Shown: in pieces, positions 26,396-40,238 of the stretch
Layout: each line of letters starts with the position of its first letter
Numbering within the stretch: position 1 is the stretch's first letter
Origin: Octopus sinensis
Lineage: Eukaryota
Direction of reading: 5' to 3'
Assembly (NCBI RefSeq): GCF_006345805.1
Contig: NC_043000.1
Coordinates: 37,696,001-37,760,000 of the forward strand
Length of the DNA: 64,000 nucleotides
Notes under the pieces: model-generated
Databases searched by the model: none
Told to the model about the DNA's origin: nothing
What the model saw: only the letters and a program-made list of their open reading frames with translations
Position numbers and translations under genes: made by a program

Positions 26396-27606
26396 TTTCA
26401 CTAATTCCCTAATGATTTTACTAATCTATGGAATAATTATCTACGCAATTGATGAAGAGATCAATTAGGTACAACACCGAAACGAAATTCAAATAAAATA
26501 TTCATGGATGCATTTACCTGGAGACAAAAGATGCACACCGCAACAATAATCACTCATCCGCAAATAGACACAGGTATAACACCGACTTTCCGGACAACGA
26601 CGATCCGAAACCTCTTATAATCCGTACTAATTTACACTAAGGTATTTCCTGCATTATTACCAATTAAAGTAAATTTGATATTTTGTTTCTTCCAAAAGAT
26701 CAAATGATATACTAAAGCTCTTCAGATGCTTGCTGTTAATCTACAGTTAGAGGTGGACAACTTTTCTTAGTTTTGACATTTCGAATCATCTGTCTGAATA
26801 TTTACCGGAGAGCAGCATTTCCACTATAACGTCAAGTTTTTCTTCATATACTGTTTGAAGACGTAGATTAAGTTAGCAACAACATTGTATCTTACCTATG
26901 ACTTACCTCCGATTCCCAGCACGAATTCCTTCACGCAGTCTTTTCCGCTCAGTACTGTAGCTTTCTGTAATTCTATACATGACGACGATCTTTTTGGAAG
27001 CATTGATCAAATTTCTATTGATGAGCAACGTCAGATAAGTAGATCTCCAGTAAATGGAAAACTGTCCCTTTGTCGGTTACAAAGACGTGGGTTTCTGTTG
27101 ATCCGATTACCAGAATATATACGAAGCCCTGTATATCCATTTTGACTACTCATCTGATAAGGATACACCAGGCACATGCATCACAACCACATGTGCGCGA
27201 CATGGTGATCTTATATCAAGGTAAAAATCGCATGACCTTGGAAGTGGAGCCTAGTTAGAATTTTCTTCAGATCGAATAGCCCATCCCACTCAAATGGTCC
27301 CTGAATAAGGGTTGTTTAAGGATTTGAAAGAAATACCTACGTTTCCAGAATTCCTCTCAACACATGGCTATGATGCTCCCCCTCTACTTCTGCTCGTGGT
27401 CAGAGGTGCACATATCGCCAGCCACTAAAGACATGCTCAACTGGTTCAGGTCAAGCAATAGACAAGTAAATCTGTGGCATTGAGCAGAATATTTGCTGAA
27501 GCCCACCTTTTATACCAAGACAAAACAATGAACATGATAACACTTACAATCAGTTAAGATCAGAAGCCACGAGAGCCACTGCCTGGTACTGCATCAGGGC
27601 ATTTAC

Positions 27607-27669
<63 letters not shown>

Positions 27670-27708
27670 GTTGTTGTTTTTGTTGTTGTTGTTGTCATTA
27701 TTATTATT

Positions 27709-28219
27709 GCCATTGCCTTTGCACAGCTTCTAACGTTAGAGATGTACTGTGGTGTCAGCTGTTCACTACCAGTAAACTAAGGTAACACCCCTTATTTTTC
27801 GAACACCTTCCGGATTATTCGAGCGGTTCCAAGCAGTGCTGTTTTCTGCAAATGCTCCACTCTTATTGCAGCCCCTGTTTGTTTCACGTACTTCTCGAGA
27901 TTTTTACTCACTGTCCCCAGGGCTTCGACAATTATTGGTATTACTGCTACCTTTTTCATCGACCACAACTGATTAAATTCCCTCTTTCTTCCTTATAGCA
28001 TACCTTGTTTTATCAGCTGGGCATGATATATCTATGATCCAGCATCGTTTGGTTTCTTTCTTAATTATTTCTATGTCTGGTTTCCTATTCTCTATCTCAT
28101 GGTCGCACTGAATCATAAAGTACCATAAGATCTTTGCATTTTTTATTTTCAACGATGCCTTCAGGTTTGTGGTCATACTAATTTTTTACTCCTTCAAGTC
28201 CGTATTTTTTTCAAACTGT
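27709..28219 (-). mobile_element. Second R4/Dong-like lineage, 3' fragment with restriction-like endonuclease
   Basis: YDHKPEGIVEN, AKILWYFMIQCDHEIENRKPDIEIIKKETKRCWIIDISCP, IPIIVEALGTV, LQKTALLGTARIIRKVFEK*; (AAT)n at both ends. Confidence 0.85.
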
Positions 28220-28244
28220 TATTATTATTATTATTATTATTATT

Positions 28245-28797
28245 GAGTGAGAGATCAGTGCATGCCATCAAAGTAACACTGGAGTAAAATATACGAAGCC
28301 CAGTATACCCATCATGACTACCCATCTGATAAGGGTACACCAGGCACATGCATCGCAACCATATGTGCGCGACATGGTGATCTCATGTCAAGATAAACAG
28401 CGCATGACCTTGCAGGTAGGGCCCAGTTAGAATTTTCTTCATGTCGAGTAGCTTATCCTGCTCAAAAGGTCCTTGAATAAGGATTCTTTAAGGATGTTGA
28501 ACGAAACACTCTGTTTCCAGAGGTGAATTATCCCAACCCCTAAGGATTCCTCTCAACACATGGCTATGATGCTCCCCCACTACTTCTGCTCATGATTAGA
28601 GATGAACATATCGTCAGCCACCAAGGGACATGTTCAACTGGTTAAAGTCAAACAACTGACAATCAAATCTGTGGTATGGAGCAGAATATTTGCTGTAGCC
28701 CATCTTTTATACCAAGACAAAACAATGTACATGATAACACTTCCAATCAGTTAAGATCAGATGCCATGAGAGCCACTGCTTGGTACTGCATCAGGGC
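28245..28797 (-). mobile_element. 550-nt (AAT)n-embedded element, full copy; truncated copy at ~27117-27600
   Basis: Reverse complement of 12734-13282, flanked by (TTA)n. Confidence 0.85.
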
Positions 28798-28798
28798 A

Positions 28799-28856
<58 letters not shown>

Positions 28857-28966
28857 GTTATTGTTATTGTATTATTATTATTATTATTTATTATTATTAT
28901 TATTATTATTATTTATTACTTTTATTATTATTATTATTTATTACTTTTATTATTATTATTATTTTT

Positions 28967-29027
<61 letters not shown>

Positions 29028-29058
29028 TTATTATTATTATTATCATTATTATTATTAA

Positions 29059-29098
<40 letters not shown>

Positions 29099-29115
29099 TA
29101 TTATTATTATTATTA

Positions 29116-29165
<50 letters not shown>

Positions 29166-29670
29166 GCTACACGCTGATGGCACTGAAAATGTAACTTTAA
29201 GAGATCATCTGCACTCTGTTATAGAACAGATGGGGTTAACGATCAGGTTTCATGACTTGTTCCGTTATATTTGAGTGATGGTATATTCGAAGATTACAAA
29301 ATGCACAAAATTATAACAAAAGAGAGGCACATGAGCTCTGTGCCATTATATGTCTGTACGTGTATCTAAGAGTCTCGGGAAGGATTTCCTGCAAATGACT
29401 GTCTCTCTGTTTGCCGGATATTTTCTTTTAATGGTAAGGAAACGGGAAAAACTTCAACTCGTTATTGGTTAAGAGTGCTCAGAATGCGCCGCTCCAGTTG
29501 GGCCACTATCCAATGGTTGGAATCAGAAAAATAGAAGAAAAATGAGATCGTATCCATTTATTCATCATTTTCTCAAATCGTTCTCTTTCTCATTCTCTCT
29601 GAACCTTTCTTATTCTTTCACTCCCTCTCCCTCTCTCTCCTCTTTCTATGCATGCATATATATACATATA

Positions 29671-29717
<47 letters not shown>

Positions 29718-30766
29718 AGAAAGAGAGACAGAGCGCGTGGGTGTATGTGGTCGTGTATGTGTAGATTGATAAATAAATATAAGTATAGGTATGTAATATT
29801 AAAATATGCTTAAGTATATATACACATATACATACATGTATATAGCCTTTTCTGCGTATATCATGTATGTATACATGAATTTATAGATGTATCTCTCAGT
29901 TTTATATCTATCCATCTTTTCACATATCTTCAGTGAAATCTGTGCTCTTCTCTCTGCGCATGTAGCTGTATTTGTGTTTATAGTCCTTCTGGTATATGTA
30001 CAATACAGCCAGCTGAAGTGTGCATGGCTATGGATGGAGGTGATACAAAGAGTATTGATCTGTTAAAGGCTAACATTGATAAAGAATTGAATCAGTGTTA
30101 TCTCTGAGTAAATCAACATCGACACAGATGAACGTTGGTGATAACAGTTATCTTTTATAGATCATGAATTTACTAACAAGTGTTTTCCCACTTGGAAATA
30201 ATTACATATACCATTGCCGTCAACGCTTGACAGAGAATGCCCTTCACCGGCGCAGTCTCACCGTTTCTATGTCTGGTAAATGTTCAAAACATGTGTCGTG
30301 TCGAAATTATTGATTGCTGTCCGAATAGCGAAGAAGAGTGAGTGCCATTTGACAGTTCAAAGTGTCATTGATTAGGTTAGGTTCGGTGTTGTTTTTGCAT
30401 GATCGATCTTGCAACCAGACAGAAGAGAACTATGGCATTTGTCATTAGGTACCGGCTGAAGGCAGCATTGTCTGTCAATATGTCATTCACTAACTTTGTT
30501 TCCTCGCTACCGCAGTGATATATTTGCCAGGCTAATGAGACGAATAACTGACCGAAAAGCTAAGCGATTCTACTTTACTCTTCGGCTATTGATCTTCGAT
30601 CCCTAAATCATAACTATCGATTCACCTGTCAACAACCATTAAGATTGTATTTTTATTAGGGATATATACATTTACTAACATAACTTGGTCATTTTATTTG
30701 GTATTTTTATATATTTCAAAGGTAATTTCAAAGCATTTCCTTAGGAAAAAATATAATTATTAACAA

Positions 30767-30817
<51 letters not shown>

Positions 30818-30818
30818 G

Positions 30819-30920
<102 letters not shown>

Positions 30921-31459
30921 TAATATAAAATAAAACTACAATAATTATTTCTGCGATATGGCAAAAGATAAAGGTACATACATACATACATACATACATG
31001 CATGCATACATATATACATACATGCATTCATACATACATACATACATACATACATACATACATACATACACGCATACATGCATACATACATACATACATA
31101 CATACATGCATACATACATACATACATGCATAATACATACATACATACATACATACATGCATACATACATACATACATACATACATGCATTCATACATAC
31201 ATACATACATACATACACACATACATACATACATACATACATACATACATGCACTGGAACTCAAATATTCAGGTTTGGGCTACTCAGCCTGTATTGTAAG
31301 ACTCTATACACTCGATCTATTGTTATATCAGGTTTCAATGATATTTGAACATCACAATGAATATCGCTGACATAATGGTATTATTATGACAACGATGGTA
31401 TTATACATTTGACGAACACTAGAAATAATGGCATCAGATGTTAGCACTTAAATCGATGT

Positions 31460-31670
31460 AGATCCTCGAAATGGTCGCCCCTGCATCGTGCAAAAAGTTT
31501 TGTGGGGCCAGGAGGGAACTTGCATGTGTTTGCTCGACTTGCAAATACGACCACCGGACGAACCTCCTTAGAACACTCTACAGTCTTAGAAAAGAATGCG
31601 ACAGATATTGCAGCGCTGGACGTAGGCAAACAGCTAAGGGATGGCTCTTGCCTAGGGGTTAAATAGAACC
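31460..31670 (+). mobile_element. Possible decayed RTE-like LINE 3' fragment
   Basis: Weak: RPCIVQKVLWGQEG...EPP...LEKNA resembles RTE C-termini; multiple stops. Confidence 0.3.
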
Positions 31671-31858
31671 TTTGCCACAGGGGTAAGCTTTAGAGAGCAA
31701 AAGACTAACAGACGAAACTGCAAATAAACTGGCAAAAGGCAATGAAGAATCACTCTTGTATCTTTTCCAAGAAAAATAGCATAAATCTTCTGAAATTATT
31801 TCAGTCATTCATACGAATGCGCAATCACTACATGTATGCATGTATGTATGTATGTATG

Positions 31859-31890
<32 letters not shown>

Positions 31891-31995
31891 TGTATGTATT
31901 ATGCATGTATACATATATGTATGTATATATACATATATACATATATGTATATAGGTATGTATATATACATACATATATGTATGTATGTATGTATG

Positions 31996-32056
<61 letters not shown>

Positions 32057-32126
32057 ATATGACCGCGTGTGTACCGTTGGCGATTTTTTCCTCCGTCTCC
32101 TCTTCTTTGGATCTTCCTTTTCCTAT

Positions 32127-32160
32127 GTTTCTGACGAAGAGCTTCGCTCGAAACGTTTAC
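32127..32160 (+). ncRNA. Minimal hammerhead, family B relative with canonical core and damaged stem I
   Basis: GTTT-CTGACGA-A GAGC TTC GCTC-GAAA-CG-TT-TAC, in a ~200-nt element between two (TA)n tracts. Confidence 0.6.
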
Positions 32161-32363
32161 CCTCCTTCTTTCCTTCTTTCCTGAGCGTCCAATAATACTA
32201 TACTTGTTCCACGCCCGTGTTGGTTGTGTTTTCATGTTTGGATTAACTATATATATATATATATATATAATATATATATATAATTGTTAAATAAGACAAC
32301 AAACGTTAAGGCAAGGCGAACATCTCAAGCCGCATACATTATTATTATTGGAAAAATTTCAAA

Positions 32364-32419
32364 GTCTTACAGCTGTTTCTGGGATATCTCCGAGTATGGG
32401 ATATTCCGTTATCAGAGAC
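32364..32419 (-). ncRNA. Type I hammerhead motif with G8A substitution
   Basis: Reverse complement GTCT-CTGATAA-...ATATC...GATAT...-GAAA-CAGCTG-TA-AGAC; palindromic ACAGCTGT. Confidence 0.65.
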
Positions 32420-32884
32420 AAATAGAGAAAATAGGGAATGTGAATGGTATATTGTATAAGACGACGACATAGAGGAAGGGAGTAAAGGAATAAGGAGATG
32501 AAGAGATAGAAGGAAAAGAAGTATAAAAGTTCCTAGTCCAACTTTCCGATGTTGTAGAAATCTGCAATAGTTCCATAACTACCGTCTCGGCTATAACCTG
32601 GGGGCACTAGTAATCCGTTAGAGCACTTACCTAGCGTACTTAATCGTTTAGATCACCTGTGAACTAAACCCCCATACTTTATATATAACTATTGTTGAAA
32701 TTTACCGAAAAACAAATGACGAAGACAGGTGTATGAACAAAAAGCAAGTGTATTAGTTTGACGCTCGGGAAAAATGAGTCTTTTACATTTCAAGTCTATG
32801 CTCTCTAACAGAAAGGAACAAGGGGAAATAAATTGAGAAATAATTTTTTTTAAATGTGTAGAATTCAGCGATCCAGCATGGTGA

Positions 32885-32919
<35 letters not shown>

Positions 32920-34292
32920 TAATTAATCAAAGGATGTCTACCTGTTGGAAATAACAGCCAAAACTCTAATTTAAATCACCAAAATACACTGATAGTAACT
33001 AAAGAAATCAACCGTCCGAAAGCAAACGGGCTAAGACAATCTCTCAGCATACATTCAAGTATTTGGACTCACGTGGACCGGTTTCTAGACTGGCATAATA
33101 GCCTCACCTCCCTCACCACGCGTTACCATGATACAGAGCCCAACCCGTCGTGTCGAAGTCTGCGCTGCAACTGATTCGTTTTATTATCATTTTAAAAATT
33201 GTTATACTAGATTTCTTCGCAAACTATTTTTTCGTGAATTATTTTTCTCGTGAATTGTTTGCTCCGTATTGAAATTATTTTCACATTGGTGGCTGCCATG
33301 ATTTCATCGGACGGTTCATTTCTGTAGCTATTATCAGTGTATTTTGGCGATTTAAATAAACGTTTTGACTGTTATTTCCAGCAGATAGACATACTTAGCA
33401 CGTCTTTTGATTAATTTTACTCCTTCAGCTATTTAATGCTCCTTTGGGACCTGCAATCGTCCATATTATTGATTTTGTTATTATCATTTTTATATTGTTA
33501 CGCGAGATAATAACAGAGTCAATGATATCTTCGCAAATTATTTTTTTCGTGAATTATTTGCTCCGTGTATATATATATAATATATATATATATATTTCAA
33601 TTATAATAAAGGGTAATATTAATTAATTAACTAGTAATTAATAATTCCACCAAGTAGAATTCGGCATGTAAAAGGACCATTTTTCGGTAAACTTAATATT
33701 TTATAATTATACTCGTAATTATATATATATGTATGCAAGTTATAAGAAATACTACTAATTGATGGTTTATGCTTTTATCTTTATTTCAGTATTTAGGAGT
33801 TAAGACTCCTTATTTGGGAAACCTTGAGAGAAATGATATTGTTGGCTGACATTCTCTGTAAGGGACATAAATATCTGTTTCATGCAGATTTTCTTCCGTA
33901 GAATGATTGGAAATTATCTCACGTTTATCACTTGCCATCGAAATTTGGAGTACAAAAACTGTGAACTGTTACTCTGTATCAGAACCCGATTAAAAAACAA
34001 ACAAAAAGAGGAGAAGAAACAGCAATAAAAACAAAGACCGGGCACTCTGTTGGTTGCTACGACGAGGGTTTCTGGGGATCAATTCAAAGGAACACATTGT
34101 TCGTGAAATTTATGTGACAGTGGCTGAGCACTCCAGAAACACGCATATCCTTAAAGTACTTCTGTGTGTGTGTATATGTGTGTGTATGTGTGCATGTGCG
34201 TGTGTGTATGTGTATGGGCTGTGTGGTAAGAAGTTTGCTTCCCAACCTGTGAGTGAATTTGATGGACGGAAACTGAAAGAATCCCCTTGTAC

Positions 34293-34331
<39 letters not shown>

Positions 34332-34334
<3 letters not shown>

Positions 34335-35255
34335 TGAGAGAGAGAGAGGGGAGAGAGAAAGCGAGGGGGGGTGGAAAGTAAGTAGGCATTAAAAATTCCT
34401 TATAGAATTTTTAGTATCACTGAAGTCATGACAAACATTTTTTAAACAAACAACACTAATGGAGAATATTTTCTTTTCTTTTCTTGTCTGGTCTCTCATT
34501 TCTTATTTTCTCGATGGCCGGTCGCTTGACTGTTTAGGAGCGAGCTAAGATAGCAGCACGCTATGAAGTGTGGGATTTCAATGTTGTGGTTCAGAGATGG
34601 TGGCGTGCATGGAAAGGTAAGCATGCGACACTATGTCCAGAGACAATAAAAAGTTGTCACGTAAAGCTGATGACCACGGGGGGTCTGTGAACAATCCAAG
34701 AAGAAGTGGCCGTCCAACTACATCCTGATCAACGAAGAAAATGGCAGCAGGAAATGTTTAATTGCAGCCCGCAAAAATCAACAGGTCAAGCAGCTCGTGA
34801 AAGTGGACGAACAAGACACACAATAAGCACGGTGTTACCTAAAGAATTGAGTTTTCGTTCGTGGAAACCTCATTACGAGCAGGAGGTAAAACCTGAAAAC
34901 TGTGACCGCAGAAGTCCAGAAGTCCAGAACTCCAAGAAGTCCAGATCTCACTGCATGTGATTTTTACACAAAAGAGGGGGTGTACAAGACAAAACCTCGC
35001 ACACTGGAGGACTTGGAGACACGGATTCAGGAGGTTCTCAATGATATCCCAGACGACATCCTTCCGAATGTTATCCATTCCAGCCTAGGCCATTTGAAGA
35101 ATCTGGTTGGTGCCACCGGTGCTTACGTTGAAATATGTAGCTTTACTTTTATTTTCCCATGTAATAAAGAACATGTACCATTTGTTTCAATACATTTGTA
35201 AAAAGAATATGGATTTTATTACCAATTTTTAATGCCTACTTACTTTTCACCCATC

Positions 35256-35258
<3 letters not shown>
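34332..35258 (+). mobile_element. Tc1/mariner superfamily (maT/DD37D-like) transposon, internally deleted
   Basis: MAGRLTV*ERAKIAARYEVW...RRSGRP and RSPDLTACDF...VYKTKPRTLEDL; TIRs GAAAGTAAGTAGGCATTAAAAATT / AATTTTTAATGCCTACTTACTTTTC; TA flanks. Confidence 0.85.
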
Positions 35259-35307
<49 letters not shown>

Positions 35308-36320
35308 TATGCATATGTGTTTGTGCATGTGTGTATATGTCATTGTGTCTGTGTTTGTCTCCCAGCATCACTTGACAATCGGTCTTGGTGTGTTTATGTC
35401 CCCGTAGCGTAGCAGTTCGGTGATATAGTTCGATAGAATAAGTATGAAGCTTTGGCAAAAAAAGAATATATATGTATAATAATAATATTCTGGCCCATTC
35501 ATTCCATCAAAACTAATTGACAGCGGTACCCCAGCATGGCCGCAGTGTGTGTGTGTGTATGTGTTTGTGTGTGTATGCAATTATGTATGTATCTTTGTAT
35601 GCATTCATGTTAGAATTCATAAATGCAATTCCCATTGCCAAAACAACCGAATCTAAAACAAACGTCAACGGTGGCAGAAGCATTTTTCTTATACAAGAGA
35701 AGTAAAGTTGTCCACCATTGCTAAAGTGACCTGTGGTCAGTTTTTACATGAAATCTAACACAACAACACATCATGAATATGTTTCACATATTAACCGCCG
35801 CCGCCAACGCCATCCACCACCACCACCACCACCACTACCACCACCACCACCACCACCACCACCATCATCATCATCATCCCTTTTCCTTATTATCATCATA
35901 CGTTTCACACACACACACACCACACACACACACACATATAAATAAATATACATATATATATAAACATATATATACATTATATATTATATATGAATATATA
36001 TATATATATATATATATGATATATATATATATATATATATATATCTTATATATATATATATATATATATTGTAATAACACATACACATGCATACACACAC
36101 ATATATATGCAAAAGTAGATATGAATGTGGCATAGGATACATAAGTGTATTTGTGTATATGTATGTATCTATATATGTGTGTATATATATATAATATATA
36201 TATCTATATATATATATATGTATACATGTATATACATTTATGCACATACTTTATAAGCATATATATATACATACATTCATACATACATACATACATACAT
36301 ACATACATACATACATACAT

Positions 36321-36361
<41 letters not shown>

Positions 36362-37110
36362 ATATATATATTTATACGTACATACAGGCCCTTTTCCGTA
36401 CATATATCATATGCATCTGTAAGTTTGTGTATATTGTCAATAATTCCCAAACTCCCCATCTTCCATTCAAACTGCCAACATCTCACAAGACGAACATCTC
36501 CATAAGGTGCGACAGACAAATAAAACAGCAACATATTTGCTGACGTTTCCATTATCTCTGCTGCCGAAATAATTCCTCTACACGAACCAATGAATTTCTT
36601 TTTTTCTCTCTTTTTATGCAAAGATCCACATTATAACTGTTTGTTTGTATTGCAAGTGAGCAGTCTGTCGATATTGAAGGCTAAAGTAACGCAAACGAAC
36701 ATGTTATGCAGAAATGTTATCTTTTTACATATTTATGATGGCGTCACACAACTATGTCGGTAACATTGTATATCATTTCTATTTCCGGCACTTTCCGTTT
36801 CGTTTCCTATATTTGCCCTTTTTTTTTTGTCTTTCCTTTGTGTTTGTTTGTGTTTTATATTTCTATTAGTCTTATACTAATTGTTCGACAGCATTATTGG
36901 TTTCTTGGAGATGTCTCCTTTAGAATGTGAGAACGAAGAAAAGTAAATAAAAAGAATATGTCCGAACATCAGGTTGTAGAACGGTGAAACAGAACATCTG
37001 ACAAGGGAAATGATTTGTGATATTTCTTTGCCGTTCTTCACGTTTTGAGTTCGAATCTCAAAGAAGTCTGTTTAGCTTTTCAGCCCTTTTCTGAATGAGC
37101 AGTCGTATAT

Positions 37111-37306
37111 TCTTTTCTACTCTAGGCACAAGGCCCGAAATTTTGGGGAAGGGGGCCAGTTGATTGGATCGACCCTAGTACGCAACTGGTACTTAATTTA
37201 TCGACCCCCGAAAGGATGAAAGGCAAAGTCGACCTCGGCGGAATTTGAACTCAGAACGTAAAGCATTTCGCCCGGCGTGCTAACGGTTCAGCCAGCTCGC
37301 CACCTT
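37111..37306 (-). mobile_element. SINE family 3 (tRNA head plus Nin/Deu-like domain) with TSD
   Basis: Reverse complement GGTGGCGAGCTGGC...GAGTTCAAATTCC...GCCTTTCATCCTTTCGGGGTCGATAAATTAAGTACCAG; ~18-bp TSD AATGA.CAGTCG.ATATT. Other copies at ~38655-38780, 39670-39790, 43525-43720, 43750-43870, 49380-49500, 50640-50849. Confidence 0.85.
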
Positions 37307-37379
37307 AATGACCAGTCGAATATTGAAGTCAATGTAATCAAATGATCTTCTCCTGTAAATCAATAGTCTTGATCACCCA

Positions 37380-37640
37380 ATGATAGCTCCCTCTGGTTAG
37401 GGCAGCAGACTCGCGGTCGTAGGATCGCGGTTTCGATTCCCAGACCGAGCATTGTGATTGTTTATTAGCGAAAAAACTTAAGGTGATCCGGCAGGAGATG
37501 GTGGTGGACCCTGCTGTTTTCTTTCACCACAACTTTCTCTCACTCTTTCTTCCTGTTTCTGTCGTACCTGTATTTCAATGAGCCAGCCTTATCACACACA
37601 CACTGTGTCACGCTGAATCTTCCCGAGAACTACGTCGTGG
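37380..37640 (+). mobile_element. SINE family 2, 3'-truncated
   Basis: GGTTAGGGCAGCAGACTCGCGGTCGTAGGATCGCGGTTTCGATTCCCAGACC head; aligns to 48495-48883. Confidence 0.85.
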
Positions 37641-37940
37641 AATCAAAGCACTTTGAGTCCTCTGTAAAGTTGCCTGCCTTTACGTTTTACTCGTAAAACC
37701 TATATTTTGTGAAGTCGTACAAAAGAGAGAAGAGAAATAAAGAGCGTGAGAATTATCTGAAATTCAACATGGCGTATGTACGGAAAATAGGATTTAATAT
37801 TTATGTACAGAAAATATCTATGCACGGATATTAGAATGTAATATTTATTCACATTCACTGGATCAAATTTTGTAGAAATACGTGGTCTCATCAATAAGCA
37901 TCCCGACTGTTGCCATAATAACGAAGCTAAAAGAGGCAGA

Positions 37941-38189
37941 GTGAAGCCGCTTGGCACAGATTAACTTTAAATTCTGCTGTGCATGCGCACTAATTTTTAA
38001 CGCTGCAGCTCCCTTCCACTGTGTAGCGTGTGACCGTCGCATTGAGCATGACAGAGAAAGTTGAGCAGAGAATCTGCATAAAATCTACGTTTTCATCGTT
38101 CTTGATACAGCCAAGGAGATCTTGGGAACGTTAAAACTCATTGCGCATGCACAGCAGGGTTCAAGGTCAATCTTTGCTGAGCGGTTCAC
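37941..38189. mobile_element. ~250-nt MITE-like element with ~80-nt imperfect TIRs
   Basis: GTGAAGCCGCTTGGCACAGATTAACTT...CTGCTGTGCATGCGCA...TTTTAACG versus CGTTAAAA...TGCGCATGCACAGCAG...AAGGTCAATCTTTGCTGAGCGGTTCAC. Confidence 0.65.
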
Positions 38190-38220
38190 ACACACACACA
38201 CAGACCGACAGACAGACAGA

Positions 38221-38270
<50 letters not shown>

Positions 38271-38271
<1 letters not shown>

Positions 38272-39006
38272 CATTCTGGATAATTATTGATCAGTCCTCG
38301 TATATCTTAACTGTTCAAGAAGTGAAACAATACTCAGATATTTGTGTATATTTGCAGTGCAAGATCAAATGCTGCAGAAAATCATTTTAAATGTTCGTAT
38401 AAAACAATGTTCAAATGTTTCTTCACATTCTCTGGATTAAATAGTTTAGAAATATGTCTTAAACATGAAACTATGCATGTGTGTGTGTGTGTTGTACGTG
38501 CTGTTGGTGATTCCCTCCCCCCACTTCTATGGATTTTTCTCTTTTCTGTTTTCCTTTCCTGCGAAGAGCTATGTTCGACACGTCAAAAAAACCCCCACCT
38601 TTTATCATGCGTCAAACTAATACATTCCATTATTGCTCTAGTTTTTATTTAATCTAGACCAAAAGGATGAAAGGCAAAGTTGACTTCGGCCGAATTTGAA
38701 CTCAGAACAGGTGAAGATAGACGAAATACTGCTAAGCATTTTGCCTGGCGTGCTAATGACACTGCCAGCTCGCTGCCTTAGCAATTATATATAATGCATT
38801 CCAATAGTGCTCATTTTATGAAAGACAGTAGTGTTTCACTGGAGATTTAGTTGTTCTGTGGCCATGTTTGGAGACACTGAAAACAGTTCAAAGGCCCTAA
38901 ACTTTGTTTCATAGAAGTGGGAATAATATATGAGTATGCGGATGTATATGTTATCGTGTATGCGTGTGTGTGTGTGTTTGGATGGGTGTATGCGGGTTTG
39001 TGAGTG

Positions 39007-39061
<55 letters not shown>

Positions 39062-40019
39062 GTGTGTATATAAGTATATATATATATATAAGGATATGCA
39101 TAGATAAATATTCATGTATGTATAGATGTATGTGCGAGTGTGTTAATGACAATAAGCATTTGATAGAACAACGTAGGAAGTTGGTTCCCAATTTTGGTAT
39201 AATGTATGCGTTCGGTCACACACACACACAAACACACACACACCACCACACACACACACAACCACACACACACACACACACAACATTCTGGATAATTATT
39301 GATGCTCAGTCCTCGTATATCTTAACTGTTCAAGAAGTGAAACAATACTCAGATATTGTGTATATTTGCAGTGCAAGATCAAATGCTGCAGAAAATCATT
39401 TTAAATGTTCGTATAAAACAATGTTCAAATGTTCTTCACATTCTCTGGATTAAATAGTTTAGAAATATGTCTTTTAAACATGAACTATGCATGTGTGTGT
39501 GTGTGTGTGTTACGTGCTGTTGGTGATTCCCTCCCCCCACTTCTATGGATTTTTCTCTTTTCTGTTTTCCTTTCCTGCGAAGAGCTATGTCGACACGTCA
39601 AAAAAACCCCCACCTTTTATCATGCGTCAAACTAATACATTCCATTATGCTCTAGTTTTTATTTAATCTAGACCAAAAGGATGAAAGGGCAAGTTGACTT
39701 CGGCCGAATTTGAACTCAGAACAGGTGAAGATAGACGAATACTGCTAAGCATTTTGCCTGGCGTGTAATGACACTGCCAGCTCGCTGCCTAGCAATTATA
39801 TATAATGCATTCCAATAGTGCTCATTTTATGAAAGACAGTAGTGTTTCACTGGAGATTTAGGTTGTTCTGTGGCCAGTTTGGAGACACTGAAAACAGTTC
39901 AAAGGCCTAACTTTGTTCATAGAAGTGGGAATAATATATGAGTATGCGGATGTATATGTTATCGTGTATGCGGTGTGGTGTGGTTTGGATGGGTGTATGC
40001 GGGTTTGTGAGTGTCTATA

Positions 40020-40063
<44 letters not shown>

Positions 40064-40238
40064 TATCTGTGTGTATATAAGTATATATATATATATATAA
40101 GGATATGCATAGATAAATATTCATGTATGTATAGATGTATGTGCGAGTGTGTTAATGACAATAAGCATTTGATAGAACAACGTAGGAAGTTTGGTTCCCA
40201 ATTTTGGTATAATGTATGCGTTCGGTCACACACACACA

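Noticed and set aside
26900-27075. Stop-free minus-strand frame (QFSIYWRSTYLTLL...GIRAGNR) ending at GTAAGT
   Set aside because: No convincing acceptor (upstream is a SINE tail), no recognisable domain and no partner exons. RNA-seq could revive it.
29920-30660. GC-balanced unique block; similar blocks at 48990-49350 and 49600-49920
   Set aside because: The frames I translated were short or interrupted and showed no motif; cannot separate old TE from regulatory DNA.
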